From: an uncultured Planctomycetales bacterium
GTDB lineage: Bacteria; Planctomycetota; UBA1135
NCBI GenBank assembly: GCA_964584805.1
Contig: CAZPAY010000002.1
Coordinates: 80,311 to 144,310 of the forward strand
DNA length: 64,000 bases
Direction: 5' to 3'
The position numbers were made by a program, and so were the translations under genes. The notes beneath the pieces are model-generated. The model was not told where the DNA came from, did no database searches, and saw only the letters and a list, made by a program, of their open reading frames with translations. Numbering within the stretch: position 1 is the first letter of the stretch; each line of letters starts with the position of its first letter. Positions 36,815 to 44,462 of the stretch are shown one piece after another.

Positions 36815-37597
36815 ATGCAAGTAGCCATTCTGTGCGGTGGTCGCGGGACACGAATCCGCGGCGAAGTCGAAAACGCTCCTAAACCCATGGTCAAGATTGG
36901 GGGTTACCCCATGCTTTGGCACATCATGAAGATTTATGCTCACTTTGGGCATACGCAATTCATTCCAATGCTGGGTTTCCGCTCCTGGGATTTCAAAGAG
37001 TACTTTTTGAACTATCACGCCATGCAAAGCGACTTGAAAATCACGCTTGGTAAAGATGGCGTGACCACGCAAATGTCTGAGGCCGACCACGACGAGATTG
37101 GTTGGGATATCACTCTCGCTGAAACCGGCGTCGACTCCATGACGGGCGCGCGCTTGAAGAAAATCGAAAAGCACATCACCGATGATGTTTTCATGATGAC
37201 TTACGGCGACGGCGTGGCTGAGATTGATATCGATGAGCTGGTAGCTTTTCATAAGTCACACGGCAAGATTGCGACGCTGACTGCGGTTGGCCCACCGAGT
37301 CGTTTTGGCGACCTTGAGATTGATGGCGGTCAAGTCAATTCTTTCCAAGAAAAACCTCAAATCACCACGGGTCGTATCAACGGTGGTTACTTCGTATTAA
37401 ACCGTGAAGTATTTGATTACCTCGACGACAGCCCCGACCTCATCTTTGAGCGCGAGCCTTTGCAAAACCTCGCCCGAGATGGCCAATTGATGGCGTTTGA
37501 GCACGATGGCTTCTGGTTGCCAATGGACACTTTCAAAGAGTGGGACATGCTTGAGGGCATGTGGAACTCAGGTAAAGCCCCTTGGAAAATGTGGTAG
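36815..37597 (+). CDS. rfbF: Glucose-1-phosphate cytidylyltransferase
   Basis: MQVAILCGGRGTRI...KPMVKIGGYPMLWHIMKIY...MTYGDGV...FQEKP...GKAPWKMW is colinear with Salmonella RfbF. Confidence 0.92.
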   Translation: MQVAILCGGRGTRIRGEVENAPKPMVKIGGYPMLWHIMKIYAHFGHTQFIPMLGFRSWDFKEYFLNYHAMQSDLKITLGKDGVTTQMSEADHDEIGWDITLAETGVDSMTGARLKKIEKHITDDVFMMTYGDGVAEIDIDELVAFHKSHGKIATLTAVGPPSRFGDLEIDGGQVNSFQEKPQITTGRINGGYFVLNREVFDYLDDSPDLIFEREPLQNLARDGQLMAFEHDGFWLPMDTFKEWDMLEGMWNSGKAPWKMW

Positions 37598-37620
37598 ATA
37601 TCGCCACGCGAGGTAAATAG

Positions 37621-38739
37621 ATGACAGAAATCGATCGCATTCCTGTAGCCATTATTGGCGCGGGTGTTGTGGGTGCAGCTTGCGCCCGTTCTCTTGCTGA
37701 CCGCGGTGGCATGGGTTTTGTTTTTGAGCGCGATTCGCACTCAGCGCCAGGCACGACCTCGCGCAATTCGGGCGTGATTCATGCAGGGATTTATTACCCC
37801 CCCGAATCGCTTAAGGCTGAGTTGTGCATTGCAGGCAATCTCGCGATTTACGATTGGTGCGAAAAGCATGGTGTGGGTTGTCAGGCGCTTGGCAAAATGA
37901 TTGTCGCGATGACCGAGGGTCAAGAAGAAGGCTTGGCCGATATTTACGCGAATGCAACCGCCAGTTGGGAAGGCCGTGGTGACTCCAAGCTTGAGATGCT
38001 CACGCGCGAGCAAGTCCTTGAGATGGAGCCGAGCTTGACCGATGCGCGTTGCGCGCTTTGGTCACCCCGCACGGGCATTGTTGATCCGCATGAGCTGACC
38101 GATTCTTTTTTGCGCGTGGCCGAAGAAGGCTTCGAGGTCTTGTACCACGCAGATGTAACTGACGTTAAAGTTCTAGACGACGGCGGTTTTCAGCTCACGA
38201 GTAGCCGCGGCGAAATCCAAGCCGACATCGTAATCAATGCCGCAGGCTTGTATTCGGATGTGATTGCCGAGCATGTCGGCATCGAAGGCCGCACAATCTA
38301 CCCTTGCAAAGGTGATTATTGGCAGTGGTCTCCAGCTGGGCGCGAGTTCACGCACTTGGTTTACCCCGTCAAAGAAAAGGGCGCTCCAGGGCTTGGTGTG
38401 CACCTCACCCTCGATCTGGCTGGCCGCGTGCGTTTAGGCCCCAATGCCTACTTCGTCGATAGCAAAGAAGACTTCTCACCCAACGAGGCGGGCAAGGCAG
38501 ATTTCCGTAAAGCCGCTGAGGTTTTATTCGGCGCAATCCCTGACGAGGCAATGGCTTACGACATGTGCGGCATCCGCCCTAAACTGCGGGCCCCAGATGA
38601 AAAGGTCGAGAAAGACTTTGCCGTGGTCGAGCCTGTGCCTGGATTTATCGATCTTCAGGGCATTGAATCGCCAGGGCTGACTTCTGCAATATCCATTGGT
38701 GAGATGGTTGCAGATATGCTCGACGGCCGCTTGGGCTAG
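37621..38739 (+). CDS. FAD-dependent oxidoreductase (LhgO / COG0579-like)
   Basis: VAIIGAGVVGAACARSLADRG dinucleotide-binding motif, and SRNSGVIHAGIYY. Confidence 0.8.
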   Translation: MTEIDRIPVAIIGAGVVGAACARSLADRGGMGFVFERDSHSAPGTTSRNSGVIHAGIYYPPESLKAELCIAGNLAIYDWCEKHGVGCQALGKMIVAMTEGQEEGLADIYANATASWEGRGDSKLEMLTREQVLEMEPSLTDARCALWSPRTGIVDPHELTDSFLRVAEEGFEVLYHADVTDVKVLDDGGFQLTSSRGEIQADIVINAAGLYSDVIAEHVGIEGRTIYPCKGDYWQWSPAGREFTHLVYPVKEKGAPGLGVHLTLDLAGRVRLGPNAYFVDSKEDFSPNEAGKADFRKAAEVLFGAIPDEAMAYDMCGIRPKLRAPDEKVEKDFAVVEPVPGFIDLQGIESPGLTSAISIGEMVADMLDGRLG

Positions 38740-38755
38740 TTTGCGACCGAATCGC

Positions 38756-39241
38756 TTACATATGCTTTAAATCCCAGCAGTAGTCAATCTCATCTGAGAA
38801 AGGATCAATGCGATCCATCTCATCGGCGCCGTGAGGCTGGTCGGCGCAGTTAGCCACCAAGGCAGGCTTTAAGCCATAAGTCTTGTAACCATTGGCCACG
38901 CCCACAGGGATGCGAATCAACGCGTAATTGTTTTCGCCCAAGAAGTGCTCTTCAATCACACCTTTGCTCGGCGAGCCCTCGCGCATGTCACACAGCACCA
39001 ACTTAATCATGCCGTAAGGCACGCAGTAATGCTGAGTTTGCTCGCGGTGGATGTGCCAACCTTTAATCGCCCCAGGCATTGCCTCGGAGAAATACACCTC
39101 ACCAAACTTGGTGAAGATGGGGCTGTCGTTGCGCAACATGTGCATGATCATCCCGCGCTCGTCGCAAATCTTGCGCAAGGGCTGGACATAGACTCCTTCG
39201 ATTTTGGAGCCTTGCGTTAATTTGGAGACATCGTCAGACAT
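38756..39241 (-). CDS. RmlC-like cupin sugar-nucleotide 3,5-epimerase family protein
   Basis: VYFSEAMPGAIKGWHIHREQTQHY...IRIPVGVANGYK. Confidence 0.75.
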   Translation of the reverse strand: MSDDVSKLTQGSKIEGVYVQPLRKICDERGMIMHMLRNDSPIFTKFGEVYFSEAMPGAIKGWHIHREQTQHYCVPYGMIKLVLCDMREGSPSKGVIEEHFLGENNYALIRIPVGVANGYKTYGLKPALVANCADQPHGADEMDRIDPFSDEIDYCWDLKHM

Positions 39242-39250
39242 GGTCGTTTC

Positions 39251-40285
39251 TTAGTTAGTGCCAGAAAGGTCGGTGAAGTATTGAGGCAAATCACCTTTTG
39301 CGAGGCGACCTTGCAGGGTCGTGAGACGAGTGTAGCGACCACCCTCGAACTCAGCTTTGAAGTTTTCGCGAGCGTTGTATTCGGCGAACATCACCTCAAC
39401 GGCTTTGGCGACATTCCATTCAAGCTGGAAGTTTGGCAAAACCTTGCCGAGCAAGTCAAAGCTAACACGGTAATCGCGAGGGTCATTTGCAGCCTCAGTC
39501 GCAATCGTAATCTCAGAGCCTGCGCACTGGTCGTGCACAATCTTGGCGACATCACGGATTTGGTAATTTTCAACATTACCGCCGATGTTTACAGCTAAAC
39601 CGCGCACATCTTCAATGGGGGCCTCAGACAAGGCGCAGAAAGCACGGGCAATATCGCGGCAATGAGCCAGTGGTCGCCAGGATGTACCATCGCTCATCAA
39701 TTTGACCTCGTCAATCGTCACGGCGTAGGCCAGCAAGTTGTTGACAGCCAAATCCGTACGCAAGCGCGGTGACTGGCCATAGGCGGTCGAGTTGCGCAAT
39801 GAAGTCACGGCGAAATTCGCATCGCCTATCTTTTGTAACTCAGCCTCAGTATTGATTTTGGATTCAGCGTAAGCGGAAACAGGCGCGAATGCCGCGCTTT
39901 CATCAAGAATGGTGTCGCCTTGGGCGCCGTAAACCGAGCAGCTAGAAGCAAACAAGAAACGAGGAACACCCGCAGCCTTTGCCATTTCAGCCGTGTGCAT
40001 GACACCAGCTGTATTGATTTTGTGCGTCAACGCAGGGTCAAGATCGCCCATCGGGTCGTTAGAAATGGCGGCCAATGCCACGACAGCATCGATACCTTTC
40101 AGCATGTCAGCCGTGATGTCAAACACATCAGCGGTGATGTCTTCATCAGCAACAGCCGGTGTGCCGAACTCGACGCCGTCGTAAAGACCGACATCGACGC
40201 CAGTTACGTGATGACCAGCTTTTTGGAAAACATCAATTGCGTGGGCACCAATGTACCCGCGATGACCAGTAATGAGAACGCGCAT
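39251..40285 (-). CDS. NAD-dependent epimerase/dehydratase (extended SDR)
   Basis: MRVLITGHRGYIGAH and YAESK. Start set at ATG 40285 (the track has a TTG start at 40312). Confidence 0.85.
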   Translation of the reverse strand: MRVLITGHRGYIGAHAIDVFQKAGHHVTGVDVGLYDGVEFGTPAVADEDITADVFDITADMLKGIDAVVALAAISNDPMGDLDPALTHKINTAGVMHTAEMAKAAGVPRFLFASSCSVYGAQGDTILDESAAFAPVSAYAESKINTEAELQKIGDANFAVTSLRNSTAYGQSPRLRTDLAVNNLLAYAVTIDEVKLMSDGTSWRPLAHCRDIARAFCALSEAPIEDVRGLAVNIGGNVENYQIRDVAKIVHDQCAGSEITIATEAANDPRDYRVSFDLLGKVLPNFQLEWNVAKAVEVMFAEYNARENFKAEFEGGRYTRLTTLQGRLAKGDLPQYFTDLSGTN

Positions 40286-40433
40286 GGGTTCAGAAGGGGG
40301 GTTGGGATTCAACAGGAGGTTAGCCGGCGCTCAGCCAGCGAGCCAATGAGGGTATTCGCCTCAATTGGGTATGGAGGATTCTACCCCACAAGACGCGCTT
40401 TAGCCGGAAATGGTTCCGAGAAAGGCTGCATAT

Positions 40434-41195
40434 TCATGAGTCGCGCGACCACGCCGCACCGAGCAATACTTCGTCTTTGCTGCTTATCATTTCAAGGCGC
40501 AACGGCCATCCCGTTGTTGCGTCAAACTCCACCCAAGCCGATGCAGGCGATGGGGTAAATCTTTGTTTCATGAAAAACTCATAAACCGCATCAGCAGGCC
40601 GGCCGAGCATGCGGATGACGGACTCCTCCCGCTCGATAGAGTGCCAAGTAAAGGCATCAAGTAAGCGCTTTAACCCTCGGCCTGGGGCGATTGCGTTGCC
40701 CATTGGGTTGCCTAGAACGCCTTGGCTGGCCATCATGTCGCGAGCCTCTTGGATGTCAAAGGTGCTGGGATCGGGCGGCTCATTCTCAACTTGCGATTCC
40801 ATTGTGAACTTGCCGTCGTTAGCAGTCATGAGCATTTGCATCACGACAGGCTCAGGGAAGCCACCCATGATGGATACATATTCGCCGCGTAGGGTAAACG
40901 AATCGTCACTCGTGTATTTCAACTTTGCCTTGAAATCCTGAGAAAGCGACCGCAACCGCTGCTCAAGGTCGAGTTTCATCGACCAATCACCCTCGTGCGG
41001 CTTTGCGTATTCGGTCAAGGCTCGCTCAACGATGGCAGCTGACTCTGGGTGTGCCACGCGGGCATCGACTTGTGGTGCGGGCGGTGCAGAGCTGCCCTCA
41101 GTCGTTAGGGCAGGCGATGGCGTAGGCTCGACAGTCTGCGAACAAGCATTCAATGCGAAGAACAAACCAAGTGCAAGGGGGAGGCGCGAAAGCAT
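40434..41195 (-). CDS. Lipoprotein, LolA/LppX-like fold suspected; paralog of the next gene
   Basis: MLSRLPLALGLFFALNACSQ lipobox. It is colinear with 41285-42190 (for example IRMLGRPADAVYEFF versus ITLLGTPTDAFSAQM). Confidence 0.65.
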   Translation of the reverse strand: MLSRLPLALGLFFALNACSQTVEPTPSPALTTEGSSAPPAPQVDARVAHPESAAIVERALTEYAKPHEGDWSMKLDLEQRLRSLSQDFKAKLKYTSDDSFTLRGEYVSIMGGFPEPVVMQMLMTANDGKFTMESQVENEPPDPSTFDIQEARDMMASQGVLGNPMGNAIAPGRGLKRLLDAFTWHSIEREESVIRMLGRPADAVYEFFMKQRFTPSPASAWVEFDATTGWPLRLEMISSKDEVLLGAAWSRDS

Positions 41196-41210
41196 CCGCC
41201 AATTGTAAGC

Positions 41211-41269
41211 GGGGCCGCTCGGTTTCCCGAACGGCCCCGTGGGGGGAAAGAGTTTCGCAATCGAAACTC
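41211..41269 (-). other. Two adjacent hairpins in the spacer between the paralogs (possible weak terminator or attenuator)
   Basis: GGGGCCGCTCGG-TTTC-CCGAACGGCCCC (41211-41238, one C/A mismatch) and GAGTTTCG-CAAT-CGAAACTC (41250-41269). On the minus strand the second hairpin is followed by TTTCCCCCC. Confidence 0.4.
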
Positions 41270-41284
41270 GATGCGCATCTAGCT

Positions 41285-42190
41285 CTAAAAATCGAGCTCT
41301 TCGTCGCCAGCTGGTGCGCCGCCGCCTTGGGCGCTCATCATGGCACCGAGGTCTTGGACGGTAATGCCTTCTGGGGCTTCAAAAACGAACAAGCCTTCAG
41401 GATGTTTTTTGACAAAGCTGGGGTCACTCATTGTCATGACCATCATGGGCTCTTCTTTGTCAACGGCCCACATTGTGGTCTTGGCCGGGAACATGGTCTT
41501 TTTGTTAATGACCATTTCGACGCGCTCGATTTCCATGCCGCCTTGGGCCATTTGGGCACTAAAAGCGTCAGTTGGTGTGCCAAGCAGAGTGATCGTGCTT
41601 TCCGCTTCTTTGACATCCGTGAAATTCATCACATCGCCCATCGCTTTAGCGGCCGCGACGGGGTCGATCCCACCGCCGACACCCATATTGAGCCCGCCGC
41701 TAACTTGGCCGACCAATTCTTCATTTTCGAGGGCAACGCTCATTGCCTGCTTGCCCATCATCGGGTTGTCCATCACCATGTAGAGCATCTCGCCATCCAT
41801 GACCATTTCTTGCTGCATTTGCATCGGCTCGGGCATCATTTCCATTTCGATGGTCATATCGATGGCCATGCGCATTTTCTTGGCGCCGCCATAATTCATT
41901 TTGACATCCATGGACATTTTCATGGGTTGACCCATTTGCTCCATGTCCATCGCCATTTTGTAGTCGATGTTATAAAGCTTGTTGGCATTGACTTCGGCGA
42001 TTTTGCCGAAGATATCCATCGCAGCTTTTTGTGTAGGCGAGCATTCAGCGGCCTCTTGGCCACCTTCGTCGCAGCAGTCGGCTTTCGCTTCTACGGCAGG
42101 GGCAGCTTTTTCTTGGCAGCAAGGAGCGTCTTGCGCAACCAAAGGAGCAGCGGCGAGCAAGAGAGAAAGGAGGGTGGGAAGGAGTTTCAT
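41285..42190 (-). CDS. Secreted methionine-rich protein with N-terminal CC motifs (candidate Cu(I)/soft-metal binder), LolA-like paralog
   Basis: Signal MKLLPTLLSLLLAAAPLVAQ, then DAPCCQE...ADCCDE...AEC. I hand-counted about 40 Met in about 301 aa, for example MAMDMEQMGQPMKMSMDVKM and EMEMMPEPMQMQQEMVMDGEMLYMVMDNPMM. Confidence 0.7.
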   Translation of the reverse strand: MKLLPTLLSLLLAAAPLVAQDAPCCQEKAAPAVEAKADCCDEGGQEAAECSPTQKAAMDIFGKIAEVNANKLYNIDYKMAMDMEQMGQPMKMSMDVKMNYGGAKKMRMAIDMTIEMEMMPEPMQMQQEMVMDGEMLYMVMDNPMMGKQAMSVALENEELVGQVSGGLNMGVGGGIDPVAAAKAMGDVMNFTDVKEAESTITLLGTPTDAFSAQMAQGGMEIERVEMVINKKTMFPAKTTMWAVDKEEPMMVMTMSDPSFVKKHPEGLFVFEAPEGITVQDLGAMMSAQGGGAPAGDEELDF

Positions 42191-42286
42191 GATGGCAGAT
42201 TGTACGGACGGCTCACCTTCGCGTTGGCTTTTGCCGAGCAAAAACCTCAAGCGGGGTCAGCGGCCAAATATCAAATGGTTGAGTGG

Positions 42287-43321
42287 CTAAACCTCGCCCA
42301 ATCCGCCCGCCAACATTGCAGGAGGAATGGTCAGGAATATCGCATCATGACTCCGGCGGAATTCTTCCACGCAAGCAGCCGTTGCTTTAATGGCGTGATT
42401 TCCTCCCGCTTGGACGGCCGTCTCAATGAGTTGCGCCAAAGCGCGCGGACTTGAGTGGTCGAGCTGTGATTCAAGATGAATCATTTCGTCGCTGCGCGGT
42501 GCGGGCGGATGCTCGCCATACCAAGAGTAAATGCCAGCCACTAATTGCCAGAGATAACGCAGGAAAATGCCTTCGAGATCATGCGCCAAATAGGGCATCA
42601 GCACGCGCGCGCTGTTGCACGCAGTAAAACCGTGCAAAAACGCAACGGGCGCGCGGTCGAAATTGGCAAGCAACATTCGCGCGCTGAGATGAACCATTTC
42701 GTCAAGCGTCGCTTCGGGGTCGACATCGGTAATGACCATGTCAATCACAGGCCTAAAACCCTCGAATCGTTCAAGATTGACAAGTTGCTCGATAATCAAC
42801 GATGAGCCTTTCGGCATTGATTTCGGATTGCAAAGCGGGATCAGGCGGACGGCGTCGTCGGGCGAAAACGGGCCACCTGGGCCGCAGGGCTCGCCAGGTA
42901 AGGCGCACCATGCCGCTTCCCAGTAGGTGAGGGCATCAGCCAATTCGCCAATACGCGCAGGTGTCGGGATGCGCTCAAGCGCGCGCACCGCATGAGCCGT
43001 GCGGATGAGGCCGTGTGCGGCACCGCCGGCCATCCCGGGGGCGAGGCGGGGAAGCCAAGCGGCCAAGACTTGTTGCCACTCTCGCTCGGCGAGGGCCTCG
43101 TGGAAAACAGATGGCTGCAAATGCAACTCGCGCTCACACGGGTTGGTCAGGACATAATCCCGCCCGCGGATGGCGTGCGCCTTAAGGTCGTCGCGGTAAC
43201 CGATGCGGTCGAGTGTTTCGAGCACCATCGGCACATGATTAGAATAACCTGGCCCAATTTCGGGCGGCAGGTTTACGACATGCGCAAGCGCGCGATCGAG
43301 TGCGGGTGCGTTGGAATCCAC
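42287..43321 (-). CDS. DUF4243 / questin-oxidase-like family protein (tentative)
   Basis: GYSNHVPMVLETLDRIG and GGAAHGLIRTAHAVRAL resemble that family as I remember it. Confidence 0.5.
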   Translation of the reverse strand: MDSNAPALDRALAHVVNLPPEIGPGYSNHVPMVLETLDRIGYRDDLKAHAIRGRDYVLTNPCERELHLQPSVFHEALAEREWQQVLAAWLPRLAPGMAGGAAHGLIRTAHAVRALERIPTPARIGELADALTYWEAAWCALPGEPCGPGGPFSPDDAVRLIPLCNPKSMPKGSSLIIEQLVNLERFEGFRPVIDMVITDVDPEATLDEMVHLSARMLLANFDRAPVAFLHGFTACNSARVLMPYLAHDLEGIFLRYLWQLVAGIYSWYGEHPPAPRSDEMIHLESQLDHSSPRALAQLIETAVQAGGNHAIKATAACVEEFRRSHDAIFLTIPPAMLAGGLGEV

Positions 43322-43332
43322 AGTCGGCGATT

Positions 43333-44433
43333 TTAACCCGTCAAGCGACGCATCACGGACTCAAGCGGGCCTTTCCGAAAGCGTTTGCTCCAGAGCCAAC
43401 TGAATAAAAACGCGCCTACGCCAAAGTAAATCGCGCGTTTGCCGGCGAGGGTGAGCAACTCGGATGGAGTGGGCGCTTCACCAGCTGGGTAGCAAGCGTG
43501 GTCAGTGATGACTTCCCAATCGTAAAGCCCAAAGAGAATGTGAGCGAGATAGAAGGTGAGTGCGTATTGGCCGGCTGTTGCAATCGTGGAAAAGAACCGG
43601 TTTTCACGGCCGTCGGTTATATCGAGCGTGAATGCAAGTAGGGCGACGGATGACCCCGCAGCCGACAAAAGGTAAAGCGGGCCAGGAGGAAGGCTTCCTA
43701 AACCCCAAATCGATTCGGGTGAAAGCCACCATTGGTTCAATTGTTGCATGATTGCCCGCGCGTCTTCTATTCCGCTTAACGCGCTGGAAAGTGCCCATGC
43801 GAGTGCAACAGAGGCTGTTCCAGTGAAAAAGGCAATGCGGCGATTGCGCTTGTTTGCAAGGTCGATTTTGCCAAGCGCCATGCCGAGGAAAAGAAAAGCC
43901 AGCCAAGGTAAGAGGGGGTGCCACCCATTAAAAATGAGATTGCGGATTTGACCGATGGGCTGCCAAAACTCTGTGTAGTCCAGGGTTGCCCAATTCCAGC
44001 CATTGCCCCAAGACATCGCTGTGCCTTTTAGCGCAAACATCAAGAGGGGTGTGACTGCGGCAACGGTTAGGCTGAGTGCAAAAAGCGTGCGCGCGCGATA
44101 GTTCAAGACAACAGCGCCAAACAACAAATAGAAACCGTAATAGTGCAAGATGTCACCGGGCCAAATGACTTGCCAAGCGTAGCCAACGATGAGCAAAAAA
44201 ATGGCCCGTTTTAAAATGACCTGCCGGTTGTTGAGCAAAGTGAGGCCAATGCCCGCAAGGATGACAAAAAGTGCAGAAGCGCGGCCTTCGAAAAGATTGG
44301 CGAGTTGCGCCAGGCCCGCAGGCTCGGTGGCACCATAAGCGAGCGTGACCTCGAAATTCACGAAAGCCATCGCCAACACCGCTAAAAAACGGGTGATGTC
44401 AAAGCCGAGGATTCGTTTTTTTGATTCGGGCAT
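43333..44433 (-). CDS. DUF418/DUF1624-type polytopic membrane protein (YeiB / acyltransferase-like)
   Basis: RILGFDITRFLAVLAMAFVNF start, with about 9-10 TM helices. Confidence 0.65.
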   Translation of the reverse strand: MPESKKRILGFDITRFLAVLAMAFVNFEVTLAYGATEPAGLAQLANLFEGRASALFVILAGIGLTLLNNRQVILKRAIFLLIVGYAWQVIWPGDILHYYGFYLLFGAVVLNYRARTLFALSLTVAAVTPLLMFALKGTAMSWGNGWNWATLDYTEFWQPIGQIRNLIFNGWHPLLPWLAFLFLGMALGKIDLANKRNRRIAFFTGTASVALAWALSSALSGIEDARAIMQQLNQWWLSPESIWGLGSLPPGPLYLLSAAGSSVALLAFTLDITDGRENRFFSTIATAGQYALTFYLAHILFGLYDWEVITDHACYPAGEAPTPSELLTLAGKRAIYFGVGAFLFSWLWSKRFRKGPLESVMRRLTG

Positions 44434-44462
44434 TTTGCAGTTTGGTAAAGTAAAGGAGTTCT

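Noticed and set aside
35801-37252. A 483-aa minus-strand ORF extending the SDR gene 500 nt upstream.
   Set aside because: The extension is antisense to the well-supported rfbF gene. The Rossmann motif begins right after the internal ATG at 36751, which gives a normal 316-aa SDR.
42228-42246. An AT-rich hairpin, GGCTTTTGC-CGA-GCAAAAACC, between the DUF4243-like gene and the Met-rich gene.
   Set aside because: The stem has one mismatch, no U-tract follows on the transcribed strand, and stability is low. This is too weak to call a terminator or a regulatory element.
41153-42454. A 433-aa plus-strand ORF, strikingly His-rich (HHG, HDHHG, HHRVVHHHVEH and similar).
   Set aside because: It is the antisense mirror of the Met-rich gene: ATG codons read as CAT (His) on the other strand. 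It has no signal sequence or motifs and fully overlaps two better-supported minus-strand genes.
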